The notes below the pieces were generated by a model. The model made no database searches, had not been told where the DNA came from, and worked only from the letters and a program-made list of their open reading frames with translations. Below, one piece after another: positions 48,632-59,085 of a stretch of DNA of 64,000 bases. The stretch's first letter is position 1. Each line of letters starts with the position of its first letter. The translations under genes were made by a program, and so were the position numbers. Source of the DNA: an uncultured Selenomonadales bacterium (lineage in GTDB: Bacteria > Bacillota > Clostridia > Christensenellales > QALW01); the NCBI GenBank assembly GCA_905200615.1, contig CAJKLB010000003.1, forward strand, positions 5,692 to 69,691, read 5' to 3'.

Positions 48632-48877
48632 TTTTTCCGATAACGTATCAAAAAGGCTCTCTTTCGGCTGTTTCAACATGTACACACAAAAGCATCCGTC
48701 TTTTATCCGTATGAACAAAGTTGTTATAGACTTAGGAAAAACCGCACATTCATTTTAAAAGAACGCCGGGCTCATACACGTTGAGTCCGGCGCGGCTTTT
48801 TAGCTATCTCAAAAAAATAAACGCTTTATAACAGCGGACTCCCCCCCTCGGGGATTCTGCCAAACAAAATTGACCGT

Positions 48878-49897
48878 CTATTCAATATATTTTTTTTGAT
48901 TATGAAAGACCTCCAGCATCGCTTCAATATTTTCAGGAGGAACATCATGCGGGACCGCATGCGTAGGCGCAGCGATATATCCGCCGTTTTTGCCCATAAT
49001 TTTCATTATCCGAGCGGTTTCCCGGCGAACTTTTTCGGCAGAAGCACAGGAAAGCAGTTGCTGGGTAGAAATTCCTCCCCAAAATGTAAGTCGGTTTCCG
49101 TAGAGCTGCTTTACTTTTTCAATATCATAAATTTCCGGCTGAAATGTTTGGTAGCAATCCAGCCCGATTTCAATCAAATCCGGAAAAATTTCATAAATAT
49201 CCCCGCAGGAATGCTGTAAAATGTATTTCCCGTGTTCTTTTACCCGGTCATACATCTTTTTCATACGAGGCTTTATAAAATGTCTCCAATGCTCGGCACC
49301 CATAATCAGCCCTTTTTGCTGTCCCCAGTCGTCTCCGAAATAAAATCCGTCCAAATCATATTCCATCGCGATATCAATGATTCGCAAATTAAACTCGCAA
49401 ATATCATCCAGTAATTGCTCCAGCTCCTCCGGATTTGTCAGCATCGCCATTAGAACATTTTCCATACCGCATAAGCTCCATGCACGCTCAAACATGGAAA
49501 ATCCGATACCGTAAAAGACAAATTTTTCATTTTTATCCTTTTGAAGATTTTCACATTCCTGTCGAATGCGCTGTTCATCCAACGTCATGACAGGACGGGT
49601 ATAATTCTCCAAATCGCAAACAAAAGGCGGCGTAATAATTCCGATATCTTTATCAATGGTGCGGTTCCACACAACGCCGAATCCATCCCGAAAAAAATGA
49701 GGACGGTCCGAAAGCTCTGTGGGATATCCGGAAAATTGTTGATAGAGCAGATGCGTATCCAGTTTTTCAAAAAAATGCGGATCCTGATAATATCGAAGCA
49801 TAATATCGTATTCGGGAGAAGTAAAATCAATATGGAATGGAATAATATCACTTTCCCGATGATTCAGTGCCGCAATGACCCGTTCTTTTTTTGTCAT
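48878..49897 (-). CDS. uroporphyrinogen decarboxylase (URO-D/MtaA) family protein
   Basis: Start at MTKKERVIAALNH. FGDDWGQQKGLIM, LQHSCGDI, TFWGGISTQ and GGYIAAPTHAVPHDVP are typical of non-heme URO-D-family proteins. Confidence 0.8.
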   Translation of the reverse strand: MTKKERVIAALNHRESDIIPFHIDFTSPEYDIMLRYYQDPHFFEKLDTHLLYQQFSGYPTELSDRPHFFRDGFGVVWNRTIDKDIGIITPPFVCDLENYTRPVMTLDEQRIRQECENLQKDKNEKFVFYGIGFSMFERAWSLCGMENVLMAMLTNPEELEQLLDDICEFNLRIIDIAMEYDLDGFYFGDDWGQQKGLIMGAEHWRHFIKPRMKKMYDRVKEHGKYILQHSCGDIYEIFPDLIEIGLDCYQTFQPEIYDIEKVKQLYGNRLTFWGGISTQQLLSCASAEKVRRETARIMKIMGKNGGYIAAPTHAVPHDVPPENIEAMLEVFHNQKKYIE

Positions 49898-50147
49898 ATT
49901 GATTCCCCCCTCTTTTTTATCATACCGAAAAAACAAGCAAAATAATAGAAAAATTTATTTAAAAATAGTAATTTTGTTCGGTTAAAATAAATTTACACAA
50001 ATAATTTATACCCTGCAAAATACAGGTGTCTAAATTCCACATATCTTAAGAAATTCAAATTTCAAAAAACGTTTAAACGTAAAAAATACTAAGCAACACC
50101 ATCAGCCTGCAAAAAGAGGATATCCGCGGTAACCGTTAAAAAACACA

Positions 50148-50376
50148 CAGACCCGTAGACAAACCTGAAAATTGATTTTTTGCGGCGTTCAGCCGCGTTT
50201 TGTTTTTCCGGGGACAGGTGCAGTCGAAAAAACTGCCGATAAGCGAAAAGCCGATTGATAGGCGGTGTTTCAAGGGAACGGCGGTATTGGTGAAGAAAAA
50301 GCGCAGTCTGAATATCAACGATTTTCGAGCCGGTGGCATCCCCAACCAAGAGAGTGTTGTTTTTGTCGACACTTTT
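50148..50376 (+). repeat. interspersed structured repeat, copy C
   Basis: CAGACCCGTAGACAAACCTGAAAATTGATTTTTTGCGGCGTTCAGCCGCGTTTTGTTTTTCCGGGGACAG...GCCGATTGATAGGCGG...GAGCCGGTGGCATCC..GAGAGTGTTGTTTTTGTCGACAC. Confidence 0.85.
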
Positions 50377-50563
50377 AACCTTTCTCTTTTTGCGGAATAT
50401 AAAAAAGCATAACACAAGAAATTCTTTCTAAAATGTTATGCTTTTCCCAAAGGCTGTAAGATATTTTTTAAAAATTGAATGATTCTTCCCTTACACAGAG
50501 AAGGAATCTACTGTTTTTTCCGCAATCAATCATTTCCCAAACCGGCAGAAAATTTTTTACCTG

Positions 50564-51004
50564 TTATTTTTCGGCTTTTTCCGCGTCTTCTTTTGTCTTA
50601 TGCACCGTACCGAACGGATGCTTCGGCGGCGCGTATACGGAATACAGCTTAAGCGGTGTACAACCTATATTCATAATATTATGCCATGTGCACGCCGGAA
50701 CAAGAATCGCGAAGTTACTATCCACTCTCTGTTGATAATCCAAAGCATCCTTGCATTTCCCCATTTGAACCAAAGCGCGCCCATCTTCAATCCGGATAAA
50801 CTGATCAAGATTATCATGCATTTCCAGTCCGATACTGCCGCCGACCGGGATACACATTAAGGTCACCTGCAAATAATCTCCCGTCCATAACGCGGTCCGA
50901 AAATTAGGATTCATTTTTGCCAAACGATCGATATTTACAACGAGCGGCTCCGGCCCGCAATCCTTTATTTGCGTATTACGGCAGCCGCATTGATTTCGGT
51001 TCAT
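50564..51004 (-). CDS. cupin domain-containing protein
   Basis: Start taken at MNRNQCGC (GGAGG 8 nt upstream). Cupin motif GGSIGLEMHDNLDQFIRIEDG...AILVPACTWHNI. Confidence 0.8.
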   Translation of the reverse strand: MNRNQCGCRNTQIKDCGPEPLVVNIDRLAKMNPNFRTALWTGDYLQVTLMCIPVGGSIGLEMHDNLDQFIRIEDGRALVQMGKCKDALDYQQRVDSNFAILVPACTWHNIMNIGCTPLKLYSVYAPPKHPFGTVHKTKEDAEKAEK

Positions 51005-51125
51005 CCTTTTCACCTCCTATAATTAGTATTATATGAAAAGAACAAACAAATGCTACGCTTTAAGGAATACGTCAAAAGCGACTTTCATATAGTATGAATA
51101 CCAGCTTATTTTAAGGAGGAAAAAT

Positions 51126-51686
51126 ATGCGGATGAAATCTTTATCCCGACCTGAGCAATGGATTCTGCTGGGGATTCCCCTGCTTTTTATTCTTGGATCT
51201 ATTATGCATTTTATGTACAATCTTTTAGGAGAATCTGTGATAATCGGGCTGTTTGCACCTGTCAATGAAAGTATATGGGAACACTCCAAACTAGTTGTTT
51301 GGCCGATGATTTTATGGTGGACGCTCTATTATTGTTTCCGCAAAAAAAAGCATCCGATTGATAAAAACAAGTGGTTTACCGGTGCCTTGGTCGCTTTGAT
51401 AACCGCTTTCATGACGATGCCGCTGGCATACTATTTTTACACCGGGGCTTTCGGTGCGGAACTTCTTTGGGTAGATATCTTAATTCTGCTGATTGCCGTT
51501 TTGTTCGGTCAATGGTTAGGCCTGCATACCTACCGATACACTAAGGGACTGAACGCCAAATATATCTTGCTTATTTTTGCCGGAATTGTCCTTTTGTTTA
51601 TGCTGCTTACTTTTTTCCCGCCTCGCATACCGTTGTTTCAAGACGGAGTAACCGGAAGTTACGGAATCGCCCCTCATACTTCATGA
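51126..51686 (+). CDS. hypothetical polytopic membrane protein (DUF6512-like)
   Basis: 186 aa with five hydrophobic helices and a NESIWEHSKL motif. AGGAGG upstream. Confidence 0.7.
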   Translation: MRMKSLSRPEQWILLGIPLLFILGSIMHFMYNLLGESVIIGLFAPVNESIWEHSKLVVWPMILWWTLYYCFRKKKHPIDKNKWFTGALVALITAFMTMPLAYYFYTGAFGAELLWVDILILLIAVLFGQWLGLHTYRYTKGLNAKYILLIFAGIVLLFMLLTFFPPRIPLFQDGVTGSYGIAPHTS

Positions 51687-51918
51687 AGCTGAACTTGCCA
51701 AAATCCTAAAACAACACGGTAGGCGGGACGGTTTTCGCTCCGATTCTCTACTCGTTTATTCTCTGCTTTCTTGAATACATAATTTTTTCAATTCCCGGCG
51801 AAACGCGGTTTTCACTCTAAGCCGGGCAAAAAAAGACAAACCGTCTTTCGGTTTGTCTTTTTGCCTCATGAGATATTGACCGCGGTAAAATGAACTCCCG
51901 CGGATTGAAATTAAGCTT

Positions 51919-53757
51919 TTACTTCGTGACGCTTGCTCTTTTCTTCTTTCCGTATATCGCCAGAGAAAGCGCGCCGCCGGATACAAACAACAGAGCAATC
52001 CATAAAAGCAAATTGCCGCTGTCACCGTCCTGAGAAGGTTTTGTTGTTTCGTCTGCCGCCTGAACGGTAAACGTTGTTTCTGCCGTACCGGTATCGGAAA
52101 GAACGGCCAAAGTATGTTCACCAACCGTCAGTGTTTCCAGATAAGACGCCTTTAACGTAACAACCGTGCTGCCTTCTTTTACTTCGTAATTCTTCTCGTC
52201 TAAATCTTTTCCGTCCACCTGTACTTTCTGGAAATATCCAAAGGCGGCATTGGAGGTAAATGAAAGATCTTCCTTACTGCCTTTCTTCCAGGTGCTGTCG
52301 GCACCGGCAATGATCTGCGCTTTAAAATCAGGATCTATCGCCCCGCAATCGGTGCATTTTCCGTCTTCATAGGTATGATCGATCATCGCGATATCCGTTG
52401 CTTTTTTCGTATCGGTATATTTTTGATCGTTAAAAATTACCGTTGCCGTATAGGCTGTAACCCCCATCTCCGTACAGGTTGCGGGTTTCTCCTCAACGGA
52501 AGAGATCTCTGCATTCATACTTTCTATATGAGTATCATCTTTTTTGCAGGTAAAGACAGCGGTTGCTCCGCTGTTATCCGCTTCCCATGTCCATACGGGC
52601 TCGTCCCATACATGGTTGCAGACCGTTACGGGATTTTCCTCTGTTACAGGCTCGCCGTTTACCGTAACTTCGCCGCCGGCGTTTTCAACAATAACACCGT
52701 CAGCAACATCGGTAAGCGAAACAGTTCCGGAAAGCACCTGAATGGTATCTCCCGTGGAAGCGTCGGCAGCGGCGGCGGCGATCTTGTTATCCCCCACTAT
52801 ATAAGATGAAGAATCAGAACCTGCCTCTTTCAGGCTGGCGACTGCCGTATTCTCAGATACCCATCCCGACGGATTTGCCGTATAAGTACCGCCGGTTATG
52901 CTCACAGCCGCCGCGGTATCCGGCTGGCGGACTCCGCCTACAACTTTCGGAGCGTTATACGTACCGCCTAACGCCGATATCTGGCCATCCGTCTCTCCGT
53001 CACGCTGAATCACAAAAGCAAAAGATCCGGCGTTAACAACGGCGGTAGATTCTTCCGGAACAACGATCGTTCCCGGAACACCGTCGGCGGATTTTGCATA
53101 CATACCGTAAGGCGCCGTAAACGTTCCGCCTGTTACCGTGGTATCACCCGAAGAAAGAAGCGCGCTGGAATCGCCCACAAAACTGCCGCCTTTAATCTCG
53201 GCGGCAGCGCCTGCTTGTACGCTTACCGCTGCTGAATATCCGGTAAAAGCATATCCGCTGTCACAGATAAACGTGCCGCCCTCTATTACCAACAGGCCGC
53301 CCTTATGAGAAACAGCGACTAAGCTGCTTTTATTGTTTGTTGTTGAATAGGTGATGCCTCCCGTTTTAGCGTCTGACGTATCACGGATAATCAAATCACC
53401 GTAATTAATTAAACCGATACTGCTGCTTGTTATGGTACAGCCGTTCAAATCCAAAATCATCTGCGGAAGAGCGGAACCATCCTCTCTGTATTCTCCAATT
53501 CGAACATCCTGCCCGGCAGCCATATTGATGTCTTTCAAGAGTTTGATGGTATAAACCGTTTCCCCCTCAACGATATCCGCGGTGTAGGAAACAGCGCCTT
53601 CGCCCCAGGCAGCGTCAATATCCTTCTGCGTTGTAGTTCCGCCGATAAAACTGAAAGTTCTGGCATTTTCAACGGCTTCGCCTTCGGCTGAAGTTGAAGC
53701 GGGCGCCATAGTCAGCACCAAAGCCAACGCCAGCAAAACAGGCAATAACTTTTTCAT
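51919..53757 (-). CDS. secreted cell-surface protein: beta-helix-like GGT(F/Y) repeats + Cys-rich module + Ig-like domain + C-terminal anchor
   Basis: Signal peptide MKKLLPVLLALALVLTMAPASTSA. Five repeats (GGTFICD, GGSFVGD, GGTFTAP, GGTYNAP, GGTYTAN). A module with Cys at CNHVWD, TCKKDD, ATCTEMG and DGKCTDCG. Tail ...SQDGDSGNLLLWIALLFVSGGALSLAIYGKKKRASVTK. Confidence 0.85.
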   Translation of the reverse strand: MKKLLPVLLALALVLTMAPASTSAEGEAVENARTFSFIGGTTTQKDIDAAWGEGAVSYTADIVEGETVYTIKLLKDINMAAGQDVRIGEYREDGSALPQMILDLNGCTITSSSIGLINYGDLIIRDTSDAKTGGITYSTTNNKSSLVAVSHKGGLLVIEGGTFICDSGYAFTGYSAAVSVQAGAAAEIKGGSFVGDSSALLSSGDTTVTGGTFTAPYGMYAKSADGVPGTIVVPEESTAVVNAGSFAFVIQRDGETDGQISALGGTYNAPKVVGGVRQPDTAAAVSITGGTYTANPSGWVSENTAVASLKEAGSDSSSYIVGDNKIAAAAADASTGDTIQVLSGTVSLTDVADGVIVENAGGEVTVNGEPVTEENPVTVCNHVWDEPVWTWEADNSGATAVFTCKKDDTHIESMNAEISSVEEKPATCTEMGVTAYTATVIFNDQKYTDTKKATDIAMIDHTYEDGKCTDCGAIDPDFKAQIIAGADSTWKKGSKEDLSFTSNAAFGYFQKVQVDGKDLDEKNYEVKEGSTVVTLKASYLETLTVGEHTLAVLSDTGTAETTFTVQAADETTKPSQDGDSGNLLLWIALLFVSGGALSLAIYGKKKRASVTK

Positions 53758-54235
53758 AACTTACTTCCTCCCACCCAAAATTCCTTTGTTTTTATGGAAA
53801 CCTAATCAATATAATTATATCTTTTCTGAGAAAGCTTGTCAAGATTGCTGAACAAAAAAAATTAATACCAAGATTCCATTTCCAAACTAAAGAGGCAGGA
53901 ACCATAAAAAAGCTCCGCTATATTCATACCGGAGAAAGCCAAGGACCGTATTGTTTAGCTGAAACCTTTTGCCGTATTGATAAAACACGAGAATCAGGAT
54001 ACTTAAGATTGCCCAAAACCGCCGCGCAAAAATTGCATACGAAGCCTTTCCCCGTCACAAAAAAGCAGAACAGCATCAAGCGCAATTGCGTACGATCGCA
54101 TACCGTATAAAACTTTAAAAAGAAAGGAACAGATAATAGAAAAAGCTGCCTGTTTCAGCTAACAGCAAACAAGCAGCTCGATTTGTTTTTTTAGGACTGT
54201 TTCAGCTTACAGCAATCTCGCTGATTTTTCGCTTC

Positions 54236-55252
54236 TTACAGTTCGGCAAAATATTTGATGGTCCGTACCATCTGGCTGGTATAGGAGTTTTCGTTATCAT
54301 ACCAGGAAACAACCTGTACCTGATAGGTATCGTCGTCAATTTTAGCAACCATCGTCTGCGTGGCATCGAACAAAGAACCATAGGTCATGCCGATAACATC
54401 GGAAGAAACGATCTGATCGGTGTTGTAACCGAAGGAAGCGGACGCGGCAGCTTTCATCGCGGCGTTAATGCCTTCAACAGTAATATCCTTACCCTTTACC
54501 ACCGCTACAAGAATCGTGGTGGAACCGGTACAGGTGGGAACGCGCTGGGCAGAACCGATCAGTTTACCGTTCAATTCGGGAATAACCAAACCAATGGCTT
54601 TTGCCGCGCCGGTGGAGTTAGGAACAATATTCTGCGCGGCGGCACGAGCACGACGGAAATCTCCTTTGCGGTGCGGGCCGTCCAAAACCATCTGATCGCC
54701 GGTATAGGCATGAACGGTGGTCATAATACCGCTCTGGATGGGTGCATAGTCATTAAGAGCCTTTGCCATGGGTGCCAAGCAGTTGGTCGTACAGGAAGCG
54801 GCGGAAATAATCTGATCCTCCGCGGTAAGAGTATTTTCATTTACGCTGAAAACAATGGTTTTTAAATCCTTGCCTGCGGGCGCGGAAATAACGCATTTTT
54901 TCGCGCCGGCATTGATGTGAGCCATTGCTTTTTCTTTTGAGGTATAAAATCCGGTGCATTCCAGAACAACGTCAACACCGATCTGACCCCAAGGAAGATT
55001 GGCCGCGTCTTTTTCGGCATAGATCTTAATTGTTTTGCCGTCCACGGTAATGCTGTCTTCCCCGGCTTCTACCGTATGGCCTTTGGCAACATAGCTGCCC
55101 TGGGCGGTATCATATTTGAGCAAATGAGCAAGCATGTCCGGGCTGGTAAGATCGTTAATGGCAACCACTTCATACCCTTCGGCGCCGAACATCTGCCGAA
55201 AAGCAAGACGGCCGATCCGGCCGAACCCGTTAATAGCAACTTTTACTGACAT
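54236..55252 (-). CDS. gap: type I glyceraldehyde-3-phosphate dehydrogenase
   Basis: Start at [15 protein letters not shown]. The active site SCTTNC is present. About 338 aa. Confidence 0.95.
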   Translation of the reverse strand: MSVKVAINGFGRIGRLAFRQMFGAEGYEVVAINDLTSPDMLAHLLKYDTAQGSYVAKGHTVEAGEDSITVDGKTIKIYAEKDAANLPWGQIGVDVVLECTGFYTSKEKAMAHINAGAKKCVISAPAGKDLKTIVFSVNENTLTAEDQIISAASCTTNCLAPMAKALNDYAPIQSGIMTTVHAYTGDQMVLDGPHRKGDFRRARAAAQNIVPNSTGAAKAIGLVIPELNGKLIGSAQRVPTCTGSTTILVAVVKGKDITVEGINAAMKAAASASFGYNTDQIVSSDVIGMTYGSLFDATQTMVAKIDDDTYQVQVVSWYDNENSYTSQMVRTIKYFAEL

Positions 55253-55549
55253 ATTCAAATTCCTCCATATTCATTGAATTCTACGTTCTTTATTGTATAC
55301 CATTATTGCTTTTTACGCAAGTGAATATACCATAAATTTGTTATTTTTTGAGAAAAACCGAAATTTCGCACAAAAGAAAAACAACGCCTGGATAAAAAAG
55401 AAGAAAAGGAGTTGTTCCCCCAACGGAACTTTTTGTTCTTCCGCCGCGGGGTTTCTCTTGACGGCCGGAAAAAGAAATGCCGTACTTCAAGCGATAAGGA
55501 GACATTTCTTTCCGGCGCGGTATCCTCTGTTCAGCGCGGCATGGGCGGG

Positions 55550-56302
55550 TCATTTCTTCAGCCGCTGTTCCAGTTCTTTAAAATAGGCTTTCTGCTTTTT
55601 TACATAGTCCTTTAAATAGGCTGAAAGCGGAATTTCCGAACGAAAGGCCAAAAGAAAACGCATCCGTTCTTTTCTTTTGATTCTTTCCTCCTGAATATAG
55701 GCTTTAAAGCCCTCATATTTTACAATAATACCGGATTCTTTTGCCGCCATGCGTATTTTGGAAAGAATATTGGCGCTGTAAAAAAAGTCAACAAGCAAAA
55801 AGCCCATCATCAGGCCGATGAAAAACGAGAAGGCAAGATTTTGCGAAAGCCATTCTAACGCATGCAGTACGTAAGGATGAATGCAAAAATAATATATTGC
55901 TCCCAGAAATGCCCATATCAATGAAAATTTTAAGCAAATAATTCCTTTATAATTATATTTTTCATGCGAATAATCCCAAAGTTTTACATGCATTCCCTGT
56001 ATAAAAAGGATCCCCGCGATATATTCGATTGCCGTCATGCACAATGCCATCAATAAGAACAGGAGAATTTTATTCGCGGTCTGCCAGGAAAACGGCGCCA
56101 AACGCTCCAGCGAGGCCAAAAGATACAAAAGGCATAGCCCAAATCCGTATATCGGCAGATAAGGTCCCGTCAAGAAACCGGGATTAATCCATTTTCTTTC
56201 CGGATTTGCCCGTGAAAAAAAACGACGAAAAATAACTTCCATCCCCCAGCCCAAACAGCTGCCCATTAAAAAAAGAAAGCTTAAAATAAGAAAGATATTC
56301 AT
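55550..56302 (-). CDS. polytopic membrane protein of the 'putative ABC-transporter type IV' (CmpB/DUF1113-like) family
   Basis: 250 aa. The N-terminal ...GSCLGWGMEVIFRRFFS...NPGFLTGPYLPIYGFG pattern is one I recall from this family. Confidence 0.65.
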   Translation of the reverse strand: MNIFLILSFLFLMGSCLGWGMEVIFRRFFSRANPERKWINPGFLTGPYLPIYGFGLCLLYLLASLERLAPFSWQTANKILLFLLMALCMTAIEYIAGILFIQGMHVKLWDYSHEKYNYKGIICLKFSLIWAFLGAIYYFCIHPYVLHALEWLSQNLAFSFFIGLMMGFLLVDFFYSANILSKIRMAAKESGIIVKYEGFKAYIQEERIKRKERMRFLLAFRSEIPLSAYLKDYVKKQKAYFKELEQRLKK

Positions 56303-56346
56303 GATTCTCCTTTTTTCAGACGGTTAAAAAGTCTGTAAAATATTCC

Positions 56347-57225
56347 TTACTTGATAAAGCGTATAGCGTGATGATGGTTGATAATTTCAATTTTTTCGCA
56401 GCCTGCCTGATATTCGCCGTCAAGCGTCCAGCCGCAACCCTGTGTTTCTATCAAAACTCTGGCGGTTTTTAAAAAAATGATTTCTTCAGCGGCTAAATTA
56501 TGCGTTTGTATTGCGCGAATGATATTGCCCAGCTGCACCGCGTTTTGCGGAGTCTTTACAAGAATGAGTTCAAACAGACCGTCGCTCATATCCACAAGTC
56601 CGTCATGAAGCGTTACAATTCCCGCGATACTGGTGGAATTGCTCACCGTACCGAACACGTAATCGCCGTCGATCACGAACTTTTCGGTTTCGGCATGCAC
56701 CCGTACCGGCTTAATGGAAGGTAAATCTTTTATCCCCTGCAGGATATAGGCAAGATGCCCCAATAAATTTTTTGCTTGCTGCGGCGTGCTGTAGGAAGCC
56801 TCGGTAAACGCGCCGAAGGAAGCTACATAAGAAAAACAGCGTCCGTTAAAAGTTCCGATATCAAGAGGATATTCCCGTCCCTGCGCGGCCGAGGCCGCTG
56901 CTTTTAAAATATTTTTGGGCAGTTTCAGTGAATTTGCAAAATCATTGGTGCTGCCCGCAGGAATATATCCCACCGGTACATCCGCGCCGGCGCGCCAGAT
57001 GCCGGAAAGCATTTCATTAAAGGTACCGTCGCCGCCGATGCATACGAGAAAATCAAAATGTTTTGCGCAGTCATATGCCTTTTGCGCGGCGTCTCCGCGT
57101 TTAGCCGTTACAAACACCGTGCATTCATAATTCTGCGCGCAAAATACGCCTACAATATCGGTCAAATACTTATTGGCACGCTTCTGCCCCGCGCAGGGAT
57201 TGATGATCAGCAAAAGTTTTTTCAC
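56347..57225 (-). CDS. diacylglycerol kinase family lipid kinase (YegS/BmrU type)
   Basis: LLLIINPCAGQ, GGDGTFNE and GYIPAGSTNDFA. GTG start overlaps the rlmA stop. Confidence 0.9.
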   Translation of the reverse strand: MKKLLLIINPCAGQKRANKYLTDIVGVFCAQNYECTVFVTAKRGDAAQKAYDCAKHFDFLVCIGGDGTFNEMLSGIWRAGADVPVGYIPAGSTNDFANSLKLPKNILKAAASAAQGREYPLDIGTFNGRCFSYVASFGAFTEASYSTPQQAKNLLGHLAYILQGIKDLPSIKPVRVHAETEKFVIDGDYVFGTVSNSTSIAGIVTLHDGLVDMSDGLFELILVKTPQNAVQLGNIIRAIQTHNLAAEEIIFLKTARVLIETQGCGWTLDGEYQAGCEKIEIINHHHAIRFIK

Positions 57226-58025
57226 AAATTCCTCCTGTAAACCAACAAGCCGAAGGCCGCGGTGCAGCTAAGCGTATTCAATTCGGCAAGTTTTGCCTGA
57301 TCGCTCCGGCCTGTTTTGTAATAATAGGGTGTCATTTGAAAAAGATTCAGGATATCCTCATTGCTTTGAAGCAAGAACTCATATTGTACCGATTGTTCTT
57401 CCAAGAGGAAAAAGCCCGGTATATCGGTTTTTTCCGGTTTATTTTCATACGGGGTTTCATAAATACGGCGTTTCAGCTGCAGTAAATGCTCTCTTAAAGG
57501 CACGGCCCGTATCAAAATTCCTCCCGGCTTCAGCACCCGATAGAATTCTTCAGCCTGGAGGGGAGAAAATAAATTCAAAACGATATCCAAACTTCCGTTT
57601 GCAAACGGAAGAGCTTTCGAGGAAGCCACCGCAAGCTTCATCTCACCGTTTCTGCGCGCACCGGCAGCCAATGCGAATTTGGAAATATCGATGCCGTATA
57701 CCTGCATATATCCATGCAGCTTTTGGGCAATAAAAGCCGTATAATAGCACTCCCCGCACCCGCAATCGGCCAAAGCGCCGTCTTGAACCGCGTATTTTAC
57801 GCATAGCTCAGCCGTTTTTTCACACAGCGGCTGATAATAATTTTTATTTAAAAAAGCGCTTCGGGCAGCTACCATACGCTTATCATCCCCGTGCATTCTT
57901 TGCCCGGAAGTTCGCAAAAGGTTCACATATCCGCTGCGGGCAATATCGAAACTGTGTCGGTTTTTGCATTGATATTGTTTTTCCTGCTTTTGCAGCGGCG
58001 TTTTGCATACAGGACATAAAAACAT
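57222..58025 (-). CDS. rlmA: 23S rRNA (guanine-N1)-methyltransferase RlmA family
   Basis: N-terminal zinc motif MFLCPVCKTPL...YQCKNRHSFDIARSGYVNLL is close to E. coli RlmA. A SAM-binding DCGCGECYY follows. Confidence 0.85.
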   Translation of the reverse strand: MFLCPVCKTPLQKQEKQYQCKNRHSFDIARSGYVNLLRTSGQRMHGDDKRMVAARSAFLNKNYYQPLCEKTAELCVKYAVQDGALADCGCGECYYTAFIAQKLHGYMQVYGIDISKFALAAGARRNGEMKLAVASSKALPFANGSLDIVLNLFSPLQAEEFYRVLKPGGILIRAVPLREHLLQLKRRIYETPYENKPEKTDIPGFFLLEEQSVQYEFLLQSNEDILNLFQMTPYYYKTGRSDQAKLAELNTLSCTAAFGLLVYRRNL

Positions 58026-58774
58026 AACATTCCGTCTCCCTTTTGAAATATTATATCAAAAAAATTCTAACGATTCAATAAAAAAAGCGCCGCATTTTTT
58101 GCAGTGCTTTATCCTTTATATCGTTTCCTGCCGCGGCGGGCGCTTGCAAATTTTACACCGCCGAATAAAAAATTGAGCTATCAATGAAAACAGCGGAATC
58201 CTATTGTTCTTAATTCACCTCCGTTCAAAAGCGATACAACGCGCGTTAAAAACGATGCTATCATGCCCCTATTATAGAAATCCGCCTTATCCTTTGACGA
58301 TGTTCTTTCCTTTCCGATTCCATAAAGTTTGGCTCCGCTGCCGTTTCTGTTAATATCAGGAATGCCGCAGCGTTTTACAAAACGCCTGTTCCGGCTCCTC
58401 TCAATAAGATACGACGCCGTGTTACCCGGAAAAATTATGTTTCTCTTTGAGATCCGTTATAGCATTTCCCGCGGCTGATAAAACATATTTCCCCCGGTAT
58501 TCCAGGAAAATTCCCGCCTAAATCCATCCGCCGCTTCTTTACCGTGCTCCCATGGTCACATAATTCTGCCGGCAGCCACGGAAAAGGGAATCTCTCCCCT
58601 TCGGACGATACGGAACGGATAAAAACACTCCCAACTCTTGTCTCCTTGCTATCCATCGTTGGCTGATCCCGTAATATCCCAGAAAAAAAGTTGTACAACA
58701 ACTTGTCCACCTTTTTTTAAGGCGATGGAGTACCGGAGAAACCCCCCGTCTCCCAAGAAGGCGAAATCTTACCC

Positions 58775-58822
58775 AAAAAAAGGAGAAGCGGAAAACGTCC
58801 GGGGCGACGTTTTCCGCTCCTT
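58775..58822 (-). terminator. strong intrinsic terminator, probably the original terminator of the 860-aa glycosyltransferase gene
   Basis: Minus strand reads GGAGCGGAAAACGTC-GCCCCG-GACGTTTTCCGCTTCTCC followed by TTTTTTT. Repeat copy D separates it from the stop codon at 59138. Confidence 0.7.
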
Positions 58823-58887
58823 ACATGCGACGCATAAAAATTGTATCAATTCATGGAACAGACCAAAAGTCCGGCTGAAGCCGGACT

Positions 58888-59085
58888 CAGACTGTAGACA
58901 AACCTGAAATTTTTTACGGCGGCAACACCGCACGGTGCCAGGCCATCGAAGAAACGCCTTATAAACGAAAAACCGCTTGATAGGCGATTTTTCAAAGGCA
59001 CGGTGGTATTGATAATAACGTCCGAAATTCATCGGTTTTCGAGCCGGCGGCATCCTCAGAGAGTATTGACTTTACCCACACTCTC
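58888..59085 (+). repeat. interspersed structured repeat, copy D
   Basis: CAGACTGTAGACAAACCTGAAATTTTTTACGGCGGCAACACCGC...ACCGCTTGATAGGCG...CGAGCCGGCGGCATCCTCAGAGAGTATTGACTTTACCCACACTCTC. Confidence 0.85.

Noticed and set aside
32487-53757. Classical sortase (LPXTG / (S/P)PXTG) anchoring of the surface proteins.
   Set aside because: No tail contains LPXTG or (S/P)PXTG. The closest strings are SKPTG and SQDGD. I therefore report it as an unassigned three-part tail rather than as sortase substrates.
15046-59085. Whether the dispersed repeats could be a CRISPR array or rRNA/tRNA-related.
   Set aside because: The units are about 200 bp and are separated by 3-16 kb of ordinary genes. They are not short direct repeats with spacers. 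No cas genes and no tRNA cloverleaf are recognisable.
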